From Alphaproteobacteria bacterium (GTDB taxonomy: Bacteria; Pseudomonadota; Alphaproteobacteria; SMXP01), in the NCBI GenBank assembly GCA_965248815.1, contig CBDFKK010000008.1:3061290-3125289 (forward strand): 64,000 nt of DNA, in the 5' to 3' direction. This document shows positions 8,712 through 18,571 of the stretch, piece by piece. A program made the position numbers and the translations under genes. Position 1 is the stretch's first letter; every line of letters starts with the position of its first letter. The notes beneath the pieces were generated by a model, which searched no databases, was not told the origin of the DNA, and saw only the letters and a program-made list of their open reading frames with translations.

Positions 8712-10109
8712 ATGATCCGATCACTGACAGTAGCTACGCTATTGGCAGCAACATCGTTGAGTTGGTCGAGCGCACCTCAAGCTGAAGAGGTGTCAAAGGA
8801 TCCAATAGCTTTTGCCGATATCGTCAGCATCGGGACGATCGATAAGAATCCGGCAGACCAATATTTGCAGGCTACTCCTGACGGCGACGTGTTGATGACC
8901 TGGACGGAAGACGCCGAGGGCAAGCGCGCGCGTAACGCGTTCATTGCAACGGTTGACAGCCAGGGTGGTCTGGGCGATGCGCGTCAAATCAATGACGTGC
9001 CCGGTTCGGTACATTGGTACGGCGGCGACAATAGGCTGAAATATACAGTCGCGCCCGATGGTGGCATTACAGCTGTATATGCTTCTCCTCTTGACGGCTT
9101 CAAAACCGGCGTTGTGCTCACAACCCATGCCACGCCGAACGGCGAGTTCGAAGCTTCAAAGTGGCTCAACGACGACGACAATGATCCGCCAGTGGCCCAC
9201 GCGTTTGCTACGGTTGCCGCAAGCCCGGACGGTAAGATCTATGCAACATGGATCGACGGGCGCAATCGAACGTTCCTCGGCATGGGCGAGCCCGAGTCTA
9301 CCGCTGAAAAGCGCAAAGACATCAAGATGCGTGATCTCACTATTCCTGAATCGGTTATGCAGATGGGCCCGCGAGCGACGCGCAAATTTGCCGAAGAGAA
9401 TTCGCAGCTCTACATGGCCGTATCGGAGGATAGCGGGAAATCTTTCAGCACGAATTATCCGATTACAAATATTCAAGTCTGCGCTTGCTGCGTGCCCACC
9501 GTTTCGTTCCTCGATGATGGCGGCACGGTGATCGTGTCCTATCGCGAAGTCGGTGAGGGTTATCTACGAGATAATGTCGTGATCCGCTCGACCGACGGCG
9601 GCAAGACGTTCTCGACGCCCACATTCATTAGCGAAGACGGCTGGATTGCAAAGTTTTGTCCCCACGCCGGATCGTCAGTGATTGCCGCACAAAATGACCG
9701 GTTACAAAGCGTTTGGTTCACCGCCGGCAAGAAGGGCGAAGATGACGCGGGCATCTACTACACATATTCCGATGATGCCGGTGAAAGCTTTGCACCGCGC
9801 CAGCTTTTGGACCGCACGCCGGCACACACCGTTCTTCATGCTCAGGTCGTGGAAGATGAAAGCGGGAGGCTTTGGGCCGTTTGGGAAAACTTCCTCGAAG
9901 GCGATCAACGAAGACCTCAGATCTTCATGGCCCATCGTGCACCCGACGCGACGGAGTGGAGCGAAAAGTATCTTCTCAGCGAAGGCGGCGAGACCTCGAT
10001 GCTTCCCTCCTTGGCAACCGACGGCACGAATGTGTATGTCGCCTGGACGGAAAAGAAAGGCGAGACATCTACAGTGAAGTTGCGCACAGCGTCACTCGTC
10101 GGCAGCTAA
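8712..10109 (+). CDS. secreted BNR/Asp-box repeat protein (sialidase-like beta-propeller)
   Basis: Signal peptide and repeated S-x-D-x-G-K-[ST]-F-S motifs (SEDSGKSFS, STDGGKTFS). Confidence 0.65.
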   Translation: MIRSLTVATLLAATSLSWSSAPQAEEVSKDPIAFADIVSIGTIDKNPADQYLQATPDGDVLMTWTEDAEGKRARNAFIATVDSQGGLGDARQINDVPGSVHWYGGDNRLKYTVAPDGGITAVYASPLDGFKTGVVLTTHATPNGEFEASKWLNDDDNDPPVAHAFATVAASPDGKIYATWIDGRNRTFLGMGEPESTAEKRKDIKMRDLTIPESVMQMGPRATRKFAEENSQLYMAVSEDSGKSFSTNYPITNIQVCACCVPTVSFLDDGGTVIVSYREVGEGYLRDNVVIRSTDGGKTFSTPTFISEDGWIAKFCPHAGSSVIAAQNDRLQSVWFTAGKKGEDDAGIYYTYSDDAGESFAPRQLLDRTPAHTVLHAQVVEDESGRLWAVWENFLEGDQRRPQIFMAHRAPDATEWSEKYLLSEGGETSMLPSLATDGTNVYVAWTEKKGETSTVKLRTASLVGS

Positions 10110-10126
10110 CGTTCGACGTTCTCGGA

Positions 10127-11119
10127 CTAACCTAATTGCACAATCTCTTGCAGGCCGCCGCTGGCAGGGTTGCGCACAATGAAGCTTTGCCCATCTCCCA
10201 GGCCGGGCACGGAGATGTCCATCACTTCGGAATAGATTTGGCAATCGAGTTCCTTTGACGCACTTAAGGCCTTTGCGAGATCGTCAACGACACACTGCTG
10301 GGCGATGTAGCCAATATTTGGCGCGACAGCTACATCGGTCAGATCGATGCAGTCATAGTTGATGGGTTCCGACAGCGCGACTTTGCCGAACATGTGGTTG
10401 CCCTGAAGAAAGCGGATACGCGTGCGCGCATTTTCCGGCAAGCCCAAAAACTCGTTGGTGTCCGGCGTGGCGAGTTCATCGTCGAACATGACTCCCATGC
10501 CGAGCACGCGCTCATAAAAATCGGTTGCCGTTTTTAGATCTTTGACAATGTGCGCCGTCGTCACGACCGGTAAAAAGCCTTTTCCATTATGGCCGACAGA
10601 ATCCATGTAGGCGCGCATATCGCCGATCGTCGTTCCCGGATCACCTATTGCCAATTCAACCAAATTAATCGGCACGGAGTCATATCCGCTAAGCACGACC
10701 TCCGTCGGCGCACCGACGCTCGACTTCAAGTCATAATGCTTGGGTTCGGACCACGATTTACAGCCGTTTTCACCCAGGTATTTCGACGCCTTTTGTATGT
10801 CGGGCGTATAAAAATTCACGTTGCACAAGCCGAATGCCAAGAAACTGTGGACGGTCCAAATCTCCCTGCGATTGGCTGCGTTAAACTCCATCAAATAAAT
10901 GCGCCCAACATCAAGTCCGTTACTTTCCAACATCGCAACCTGAGCTTCGCTGCCAACCGGCAGGTGCCAATGTTTTTCGAAGGCTGAGCCTTTCATTGTG
11001 CCGCTTCCGATGATTTCGAAACCGACCACGTCTTTGTAAAAGCCAATTGACGCTTTGAGATCGCGGGCGCCTATGACGACAGCGGCTACGGGCGAACCGG
11101 ACGGCAAATTCTGGGACAT
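10127..11119 (-). CDS. two-domain VOC (glyoxalase/bleomycin-resistance/extradiol dioxygenase) family protein
   Basis: 330 aa with two betaalphabetabetabeta modules (VVIGARDLKASIGFYKDVVGFEI... and a second repeat). Confidence 0.7.
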   Translation of the reverse strand: MSQNLPSGSPVAAVVIGARDLKASIGFYKDVVGFEIIGSGTMKGSAFEKHWHLPVGSEAQVAMLESNGLDVGRIYLMEFNAANRREIWTVHSFLAFGLCNVNFYTPDIQKASKYLGENGCKSWSEPKHYDLKSSVGAPTEVVLSGYDSVPINLVELAIGDPGTTIGDMRAYMDSVGHNGKGFLPVVTTAHIVKDLKTATDFYERVLGMGVMFDDELATPDTNEFLGLPENARTRIRFLQGNHMFGKVALSEPINYDCIDLTDVAVAPNIGYIAQQCVVDDLAKALSASKELDCQIYSEVMDISVPGLGDGQSFIVRNPASGGLQEIVQLG

Positions 11120-11266
11120 TGGGATTCCTATATTTGTATCGCGAGAATAGGTTCAGGCAAGACCGTCATCTTAACAGGCACGCACGCGTCATACACGATC
11201 AAACTGAGGCTCTTGTCTTAACAAAAGAGATCTGCGATCAAACAGATCTCTGGTCGAGGAAACAAA

Positions 11267-12181
11267 ATGACGGCACCATTGGTTGAAACTTGTCGCGGCT
11301 TCGTCAACACGTGGGAATGCGATGAAAACGATCATTAAAATGTGCAGTTCTATTTTGCCAAAAAAAGTGAAGCCGACGCTCACTTCCGGCTTCACCTCGG
11401 TTTGCTGCCAGCCGATCGGACCGAGGACAAAACGCATGTGCGCGTTAGCCAAGATCATGTGCGCTTTCACGCCGAGCTGCGCGCCGCCGACACGTTTGCG
11501 ATAACGACAGGCATCGTCGGGATTGATGACACGACACTTAGTGTCTTTCACACCATGACCAAAAGCAACGGCGAGCTTGCGGCGACTATGGTCACGACCT
11601 GGGAGCACGTCGACGCTGATTCCGGCGCGCCGGCAATTTGGCCGGATGATGTCAAAGAACAAGCCGCACGCCGTCACGTCGATCTTCCTGATAACGCTCT
11701 GTGGCGCTCGGCGGACAGACGCGCGCCCTTTCCAGATATCAAACTTGACGAAGCCGAAATCCAAAATGCTCTCACGGTATATCGAGGACTCGTACACCCG
11801 GCAGAGTGCGACGGGCTAGGGCATATGACGCCGCGCTTCCACATTTCGCGCACGTCGGATGGGGCTGCTCATTTTTGGAATGCGTTCGGCTTCTATAGCG
11901 GCGATCTTCAAGAGCAAAATCGCGGGTCGGTCGTGCTCGAATACTTGCTCACCTATTGCCGTCCGTTTAAAGCCGGCGATCCCATTGAAGTTAAGTCGTT
12001 CATTCGATCCGTCGGCTCTAAGACGATTAGCTTTACGCACTTGCTATTTGATCGGAAGACCGGCCGATTGAACGCCATTGCCGATCCAACCGCCGTGCTG
12101 TTTGATCAGACAACGCGCAAAGCCATCGAACTCAGCACGGAGGAACGCGCGCGCTTCGAGCCCGGCATCCGACAGATTTGA
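11267..12181 (+). pseudogene. hotdog-fold acyl-CoA thioesterase (4HBT-like, double hotdog) interrupted by an in-frame TAA at 11336-11338
   Basis: RBS GAGGA precedes the ATG at 11267. The 23 codons MTAPLVETCRGFVNTWECDENDH contain the 4HBT catalytic D..GH motif, then TAA, then the same frame continues as NVQFYFAKK... (ORF 11342-12181, GTG start). The full motif expected is D..GH-x-NN..Y. Confidence 0.55.
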
Positions 12182-12190
12182 GTTCAAGGA

Positions 12191-12763
12191 TTGCTAATGA
12201 CTTCCAATGCTGAACAGCAATTTGCGGTAGAAGTTCTCGACTTCTTGCCCGATGAGGAAGTGGAACGCTTTTACTTTCCTGGCCCAAGCAAAGCCGGTGG
12301 CCACGATGGTGTGATCGTAAAACTCACCGGAGAAAATGAACGGCAATGGGTCGGCGTTTTTGCATTCGGAAATTATCCAAATACGGTATCGCGCTTTTGC
12401 GGTACGGTCTTAGGGCCAGAGAACGTCGTGATCATTGCCGAGGGACAAGGTTACTTCGTTTCCGCAAACAATCCAGAAAAGTACGGAGAAGTTGATTGCT
12501 TTCCCATTTTTGGAGTTCACCAATCTGCAAAGCACTCGATAATTTGCTTTCACGATCATGGCAGGTTTGTCGGATACGGTCGAAAAGGTCTAGCATGGAC
12601 AGCAGTACCTATCAGCACCGATGAAATTAAAGTTCATGCGGCAAGTGAAGATGAAATTGAAGGCCGTGCTTGGAGTGATTCCAAACAGCAATTCGTTGGA
12701 TTTGGAATTAATATCAAAGACGGAAAAACATCGATCAGCCATAAGTTCTTGATGGATGAATAG
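12191..12763 (+). CDS. hypothetical protein; lower-GC orphan ORF
   Basis: 190-aa ORF with GC clearly below the flanks. No recognisable motifs. Confidence 0.45.
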   Translation: MLMTSNAEQQFAVEVLDFLPDEEVERFYFPGPSKAGGHDGVIVKLTGENERQWVGVFAFGNYPNTVSRFCGTVLGPENVVIIAEGQGYFVSANNPEKYGEVDCFPIFGVHQSAKHSIICFHDHGRFVGYGRKGLAWTAVPISTDEIKVHAASEDEIEGRAWSDSKQQFVGFGINIKDGKTSISHKFLMDE

Positions 12764-12802
12764 TGAGGTCTTCATTACTCGCATAGGTCGTGAAGTTCTC
12801 GA

Positions 12803-13339
12803 TCAATCAAAACCTTCGCAGCACAAGCGGTAGACTTCCATCATGTGACGCACGTCTTGCGCAGCGCGGTGCGTGTGAGGCTCGTTTGTGTCGGCGATAA
12901 ATTCTGAACGCGCAATATCACGGGGCGATGAAATTGATTTGAGTAGAATTTGCAAGTCAGACAACTCGAACGTGGGCGAACGTTCGGCAGCGTCATAGAG
13001 CACGGTCAGCCAGAAACCGTCGTACGACGGTGCGTCGCTGTAAACGGTGGCACCAATGAGCTCGCCATCAAGTACGTCGCAAACCTCGCCGACCTCGTGC
13101 CCCTCGGCTTGCAGACAATCGATGGTGAACCCATGCATGCGCTCGGCGACGGGATTCCATTCAGCAAGCGCCCAAGCGTCGTGCGGTTTAATCAGCAGAG
13201 AGTGCGCCTCCTCGCCCGAGCGTGCCCATCCGATTTCAACCGGCCAGGAGCCCGGACCGAGGCCAGACGCTTCAAAATCGAGAAAGGCGATAGATCGGTC
13301 CATGGGTCCGCAACCTAACTGGCCCGGCCTCACAAGCAA
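12803..13339 (-). CDS. stand-alone DEDDh 3'-5' exonuclease (DnaQ/epsilon-like domain)
   Basis: Exo I motif FLDFEASGL, Exo II YSDAPSYD and Exo III HRAAQDVRH. The true start may be the Met at 13303. Confidence 0.7.
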   Translation of the reverse strand: MLVRPGQLGCGPMDRSIAFLDFEASGLGPGSWPVEIGWARSGEEAHSLLIKPHDAWALAEWNPVAERMHGFTIDCLQAEGHEVGEVCDVLDGELIGATVYSDAPSYDGFWLTVLYDAAERSPTFELSDLQILLKSISSPRDIARSEFIADTNEPHTHRAAQDVRHMMEVYRLCCEGFD

Positions 13340-13511
13340 GGTCGCCTCAAAACCGGGACTGATGGGGCTCCAATCTCGCTAGTTCGCTTCACCCAAAGCG
13401 CTCAAATTCTATCTATCGACGGAAACACCGGTAAAAACGCTCATAGAACCATATTTTCTTGATTATCTCTATTAATACTATTATTATCCATAACATATTT
13501 GGAGTTTGGTC

Positions 13512-13952
13512 GTGCGGGACTTTCGGACCATAGAAATCGATCTCGAAATCCACAAAGCCATCGAGGCCGAGCGGGCTGACTTTGCCGAACTCCCCAATGA
13601 CATCTTGAGGCGGCTCTTGGGACTAGGGCCCGCGCCACATGCGCGAAAATTGAATGACGTCGTCGAATTTGGCGGTCCAGGCGCGTGGAGCGGCAAGGGC
13701 GCGACGCTCGCCGCAGGCACCACGCTGCGCATGAGTTACAACGGCGAAAGCCACGAAGCCGTCATCGAGGACGGAAGGTGGCTCATCAACGGTCAAAAAT
13801 TCTCAAGCCCATCGGGCGCGGCATCGGCCCTCGCGCGCACGCGCGAGGGTAACAGCGTCAATTTGGACGGCTGGGAATATTGGTACTATTGCGTTCCGGG
13901 TACGGATGAATGGCGGCCATTGAAAGACCTAAAAAGAATTCGTCTTGCCTAG
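13512..13952 (+). CDS. hypothetical protein with a DUF4357/RAMA-like C-terminal domain
   Basis: C-terminal GQKFSSPSGAASALARTREGNSVNLDGWEYW resembles the DUF4357 signature (F.SPSAAA...NGW..W). RBS GGAG sits 7 nt upstream of the GTG at 13512. An AT-rich promoter region lies upstream. Confidence 0.45.
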   Translation: MRDFRTIEIDLEIHKAIEAERADFAELPNDILRRLLGLGPAPHARKLNDVVEFGGPGAWSGKGATLAAGTTLRMSYNGESHEAVIEDGRWLINGQKFSSPSGAASALARTREGNSVNLDGWEYWYYCVPGTDEWRPLKDLKRIRLA

Positions 13953-14027
13953 CGGAACGCGAAATTCAAAGCGGCGGAACCAGGAGGAAAAATCTAAGAC
14001 GACAAATTTCAAGCAAGGGAGGACTTT

Positions 14028-14435
14028 ATGAAATACGTCACACAGACTCTAGCTCCTGACGAGATTATTTTAGCCGTGGGCGTCTTTCCCTGGACTTACG
14101 ACTTTGTGTCGATCCTCTGGTTGTTAACCGTCTTAGGCGTGCCTGTCTTCATTGCCCGGCTCATTAAGAAGCGCACCACCGAATTGGCTGTGACTTCCAA
14201 GCGCTTTGTCTACAAGCGCGGGTTCATATCGCGCGTCACTGACGAATTCACGACCAATCGCATTCAGCACGTAAAAGTCACCCAAAGCTTGCTCGGCCGC
14301 CTCCTCAACTACGGCACGATCCACATTGAGGGATCGGATATCGGGGCCTTCGGCCTGCCTGTTATCGCCAGCCCCACCCGGTTTCGCAAGGCGCTCATCA
14401 TGTCCGGCAGCGGTCAAGGCGAACCCCCGCGCTAG
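14028..14435 (+). CDS. bacterial PH-domain (bPH_2/YdbS-like) membrane protein
   Basis: Two N-terminal TM helices followed by a ~80-aa PH-like domain. Strong RBS AAGGGAGG. Confidence 0.65.
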   Translation: MKYVTQTLAPDEIILAVGVFPWTYDFVSILWLLTVLGVPVFIARLIKKRTTELAVTSKRFVYKRGFISRVTDEFTTNRIQHVKVTQSLLGRLLNYGTIHIEGSDIGAFGLPVIASPTRFRKALIMSGSGQGEPPR

Positions 14436-14572
14436 GGCCGATTCAGATAGCAACCGGGGCTTGGCACGCGGTTTGCACCAGACCAAGGCATTATCCCCGT
14501 GGCGGTTCAAAAAGGCACGATGAGATGATCTCAATCGCGTCGTAGGACCGCAAAAACCGTGGAGAAGGTGTC

Positions 14573-14947
14573 GTGATGAGCCAAGATCCGACGGCGGTCG
14601 CTCTCGATTTTGTCGCGCGAATCAATACGCGCGATCCCGATCGACTGGCCGAACTGATGACACTCGACCATGAGTTTATTGATATGGCAGGCGGTGCTTC
14701 GCGCGGCAGAGAAACCATGCGCAAGGGCTGGATCGACTGCTTTCATATGTTCCCCGACTACCATGTGCACATCGATGACACATTGACGAAATCGCACAAG
14801 ATCATTTTCATGGGACGCTCAGAAGGCACTCTCTCAGATACCGGTCGCGATATGATGACCAAACAATATGGAGCCGTGCCTCCTGCGGATGAACTCCAAG
14901 GTGCAGCCATCTGGACCGCAATCGTTTGCGACGGCAAGGTTGCCTAA
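14573..14947 (+). CDS. NTF2-like/SnoaL-like (ketosteroid isomerase-like) protein
   Basis: 124 aa. The DFVARINTRDPDRLAELMTLDHEFID pattern is typical of SnoaL-like proteins. Confidence 0.6.
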   Translation: MMSQDPTAVALDFVARINTRDPDRLAELMTLDHEFIDMAGGASRGRETMRKGWIDCFHMFPDYHVHIDDTLTKSHKIIFMGRSEGTLSDTGRDMMTKQYGAVPPADELQGAAIWTAIVCDGKVA

Positions 14948-15119
14948 TGGCGAGTATACGACGACACGCCTTCGACGCGGCACACTCTCGGACTCGCGAC
15001 CGACGCTTCAAGACCCCTACAAGTTCAAGCCGTCAGGCGCTAGCGCGGACTCTCGCTAACCGGAATGACGCCGAAAGGTTCTACTCCGCGGCGGCTGCAG
15101 ACACCGTCTTCGGATTGAA

Positions 15120-17273
15120 TCAGCTGTAAAATGTGTCGTTCTTGTCCGCCATGTCGCGCAGCAATTTGTTGGGCGTAAAGCGCGGCCCGTACTTTTGCGC
15201 AAGACGATCGCATTCTTCGACGAAGTTGCGCGTGCCGATGGTATCGATGAACGACAACGTACCACCTGAATAGGGCGCAAAGCCCCAGCCTAAGATTGAT
15301 CCTACATCGCCGTCGCGTACGTCGGTGAGCACTTCTTCTTCAAAGCATCGCGCTGATTCAAGGGCTTGAATATAAAGAAAACGCTTTTTGAGCTCGTCAA
15401 CGTCCGGTTGTTCGGCCGCTTCTTTTGCGACATCCGACAGGCCCGGCCAAAGTGATTTCTTGCCGTCTTTGGGATAGTCGTAGAATCCCTTCCCGTTCTT
15501 CCGGCCTTTGCGCCCCAAGTCGACAACCATTTTTTCCATAATGCCGTCGGCGGGCGTGCCTTGATATTTGTCGCCCAAGTCTTCCTTGGTTTGCTTCATA
15601 ATGTGATAGCCGAGCTCGATCGACACTTCGTCGTTCATGGCGAGCGGTGCCACGGGCATGCCGGTCATCTTGCCGGAATTTTCAATGAGCGCGGGCGTTA
15701 CGCCCTCGGAAAGCATGATGATGCCTTCTTGAATAAAAGTGCTGAAAACGCGGGAGGTGTAGAAGCCTCGGCTATCGTTGACGACAATCGGAGTCTTCTT
15801 GATCTTCTTAACATAGTCGAGAGCCACGGCTGTGGCCTGATCGCCCGTCTCCTCCCCCGTAATGACTTCGACCAAGGGCATTTTGTCGACGGGCGAAAAG
15901 AAGTGAATTCCAATGAATTGCTTGGGGCGCTTGCTCTTCGTAGCCAATCCCGTAATCGGTAAGGTTGAAGTGTTCGATCCGAAGATCGCCGCTTCCGGAA
16001 TGACCTCTTCGGCTCTTGCGGTGACATCCGCCTTAATGTCTCGGTCCTCAAAGACAGCCTCAATAATGAGATCGGCACCTTCGAGCAAAGCATAGTCGGT
16101 CGTCGGCGTTATGCGCGCGAGCACTTCGTCTTTTTTGTCCGCCGGCATCTGGCCGCGTTTCACACGCTTATCGAGTAGCGGCACGGAGTAGTCTTTGCCT
16201 TTCTCGGCGCTCTCCTGATTCATGTCGATCAAAACGACATCGATGCCGACCATTGCGGACACGTATGCAATGCCTGCGCCCATCATACCGGCGCCCAACA
16301 CGCCTAGCTTTTTGACATCGGTCGTCGGCACACCCTGGGGCCGGCGCGCGCCTTTGTTGAGTTCCTGGGTCGACAGGAACAACGTGCGCAACATGTTCAT
16401 GGCTTCCGGGCCGAGCAACGTTTTCACGAAGTAGCGCGTCTCAATGCGGATCGCCGCATCCATGGGCACCAGCAATCCCTCGTAGACCGCACTCATGATG
16501 TGCTTCTGCGCAGGATAATTTCCATACGTGCGCGCGTGAAGCATGGCATTGCCGACAATGAACGTTTGCGCGCCCTCTTCGTCGTGAGGACCGCCGCCAG
16601 GAATTTTGAAGCCGCCCTTGTCCCAAGGTTGCTTGGCGACGCCTTCATCCTTTACCCAGCGCTTGGCCTCGCCGATGAGCTCGGCAACCGGAACAACTTG
16701 GTGAATTAGCTTTTGCTGCAGCGCCCGTTTGGGATCAAGGCTGCGTCCTTCCAACATCAAGGGCAGCGCATCACGGGTGCCAATCAAACGCGGCAGGCGC
16801 TGTGTGCCGCCACCGCCGGGCATGACACCGACGCGCGATTCCGGCAACCCGATCTGCGTTTTTGGATTATCACTCGCCACGCGGTAGTGACAGCCAAGCG
16901 TCACTTCAAATCCGCCGCCGAGCGCCGTTCCGTTGATGGCGGCTGCCACGGGCTTGCCACAAGTCTCCAAGTCGCGCAGCAGTCGGTTAAGATAGAAGGC
17001 TTTGTCGAATGCTTGGCGCAGACCGTCTTCGCCGGGATTGGCCCCGAGGCCGACGAGCGAGCCCAACTCTTCTAAATCCGCTCCGGCGCAAAATGCGTCT
17101 TTGCCGCTGGTAATCACGGCACCTTTGATGGCGTCATCAGACTTGATTTTTTCAATGAGGTCGCTGAGTTCGCTTAAAGACGACTCGCCAATCACATTCA
17201 TACTGCGGCCCGGCATGTCCCAGGTAATCAAGGCTACGCCGTCACCGTCAATGTCGATTGTGAAGTTATTCAT
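15120..17273 (-). CDS. fadB: fatty-acid oxidation complex alpha subunit (enoyl-CoA hydratase / 3-hydroxyacyl-CoA dehydrogenase)
   Basis: N-terminal crotonase domain and C-terminal NAD-binding 3HCDH domain (GVLGAGMMGAGIA). ATG at 17273. Confidence 0.85.
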   Translation of the reverse strand: MNNFTIDIDGDGVALITWDMPGRSMNVIGESSLSELSDLIEKIKSDDAIKGAVITSGKDAFCAGADLEELGSLVGLGANPGEDGLRQAFDKAFYLNRLLRDLETCGKPVAAAINGTALGGGFEVTLGCHYRVASDNPKTQIGLPESRVGVMPGGGGTQRLPRLIGTRDALPLMLEGRSLDPKRALQQKLIHQVVPVAELIGEAKRWVKDEGVAKQPWDKGGFKIPGGGPHDEEGAQTFIVGNAMLHARTYGNYPAQKHIMSAVYEGLLVPMDAAIRIETRYFVKTLLGPEAMNMLRTLFLSTQELNKGARRPQGVPTTDVKKLGVLGAGMMGAGIAYVSAMVGIDVVLIDMNQESAEKGKDYSVPLLDKRVKRGQMPADKKDEVLARITPTTDYALLEGADLIIEAVFEDRDIKADVTARAEEVIPEAAIFGSNTSTLPITGLATKSKRPKQFIGIHFFSPVDKMPLVEVITGEETGDQATAVALDYVKKIKKTPIVVNDSRGFYTSRVFSTFIQEGIIMLSEGVTPALIENSGKMTGMPVAPLAMNDEVSIELGYHIMKQTKEDLGDKYQGTPADGIMEKMVVDLGRKGRKNGKGFYDYPKDGKKSLWPGLSDVAKEAAEQPDVDELKKRFLYIQALESARCFEEEVLTDVRDGDVGSILGWGFAPYSGGTLSFIDTIGTRNFVEECDRLAQKYGPRFTPNKLLRDMADKNDTFYS

Positions 17274-17316
17274 TGTTTTCTCCGATCCATCCTCGGATGG
17301 ATGTTTTATTGAATCC

Positions 17317-18522
17317 TTAAACCCGTTCGACGATAGTCGCCGTGCCCATACCGGCGCCGACACACAAAAGCGCCATTGCCGTATTGACATCGCGGCGCTC
17401 CATTTCGTCGATCACCGTGCCCAAGATCATGGCGCCCGTCGCACCGAGCGGATGACCGAGCGCAATCGCACCACCATTGACGTTAAGTTTGTCGTGAGAG
17501 ACACCGAGTGCGTCTTTGAAACGCAGAACGACGGCGGCAAATGCTTCGTTGAGCTCAAAGAGATCGATGTCATCAACTTTCATGCCTGCGCGGTCGAGCA
17601 CTTTGCGTGCGACCTTTTCCGGACCCGTCAACATGATGGAGGGTTCTGACCCTATGGACGCAAAGGCCCTCAGTTTCGCGCGGGGCTTGAGGCCCATTGC
17701 ATCGCCCGTTTCCTTGTTACCAACTAAAATGGCGGCGGCCCCATCGACAATGCCCGATGAGTTTCCAGCATGATGAACGTGTTTAATTCTTTCCACTTCC
17801 GGATAGCGCTGTTGAATAACAGAATTAAAGCCAAAGTCGCCCAGGGCCTCGAATGACGGATTGAGGGAGGCTAAAGACTGCATAGTTGTGTCGGAGCGCA
17901 TATGTTCGTCGCGATCTAGAATGGTGACTCCCAATTGATCTTTCACCGGTACCACGGCGCCTTTGAAATAGTCTTTTTCCCACGACTCCGCTGCGCGCTT
18001 TTGGCTTTCGACGGCATAGGCATCGACGTCGTCGCGGCTATAGCCGTATTTAGTGGCAATCAAATCGGCGCTAATACCCTGAGGCACAAAGTAACTCTTG
18101 AAGGCAATTTCGGGATTACTAGGCCAAGCGCCGCCGTCCGACCCCATGGCAACCCGGCTCATGCTTTCTACCCCGCCGCCAATTGCCATGTCCGCTTCCC
18201 CAGACATGACTTTTGCAGCCGCCATGTTCGTTGCCTCCAGACCCGAGGCGCAGAAACGATTGATTTGAACACCCGCAACACTCTCGTCATATCCTGCATT
18301 CATCGCGGCAACCCGCGCAATGTCTTGGCCTTGTTCGTTGACCGGCGTGACGCAACCCATGACGACGTCATCGACACGCGTGGTGTCGAGGTCATTGCGG
18401 TCACGAACGGCTTCGAGAACTTGTGTCGTCAATTGAAGCGGCGTGATTTCATGAAGGCTGCCGCTTGCTTTTCCCCGTCCTCGCGGTGTTCGAACGTGAT
18501 CGTAAATATAACCGTCGGTCAT
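17317..18522 (-). CDS. fadA: acetyl-CoA C-acyltransferase (3-ketoacyl-CoA thiolase)
   Basis: Thiolase motifs (NRFCASGLEA, GAIALGHPLGATGA, the CVGAGMGTA active site). Confidence 0.85.
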   Translation of the reverse strand: MTDGYIYDHVRTPRGRGKASGSLHEITPLQLTTQVLEAVRDRNDLDTTRVDDVVMGCVTPVNEQGQDIARVAAMNAGYDESVAGVQINRFCASGLEATNMAAAKVMSGEADMAIGGGVESMSRVAMGSDGGAWPSNPEIAFKSYFVPQGISADLIATKYGYSRDDVDAYAVESQKRAAESWEKDYFKGAVVPVKDQLGVTILDRDEHMRSDTTMQSLASLNPSFEALGDFGFNSVIQQRYPEVERIKHVHHAGNSSGIVDGAAAILVGNKETGDAMGLKPRAKLRAFASIGSEPSIMLTGPEKVARKVLDRAGMKVDDIDLFELNEAFAAVVLRFKDALGVSHDKLNVNGGAIALGHPLGATGAMILGTVIDEMERRDVNTAMALLCVGAGMGTATIVERV

Positions 18523-18571
18523 GTGAATCTCCTTCCGTACCCTCGTGTGAGAGACGTGTTCGTGATCGATT

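Noticed and set aside
11189-11797. 202-aa minus-strand ORF
   Set aside because: It is antisense to the thioesterase gene, which has clear hotdog-fold motifs. It is a high-GC antisense artefact.
17288-17305. Hairpin ATCCATCC-TC-GGATGGAT between fadA and fadB
   Set aside because: It is real but trivial: a short intercistronic stem within an operon with no T-tract, probably an mRNA processing or stability element at most.
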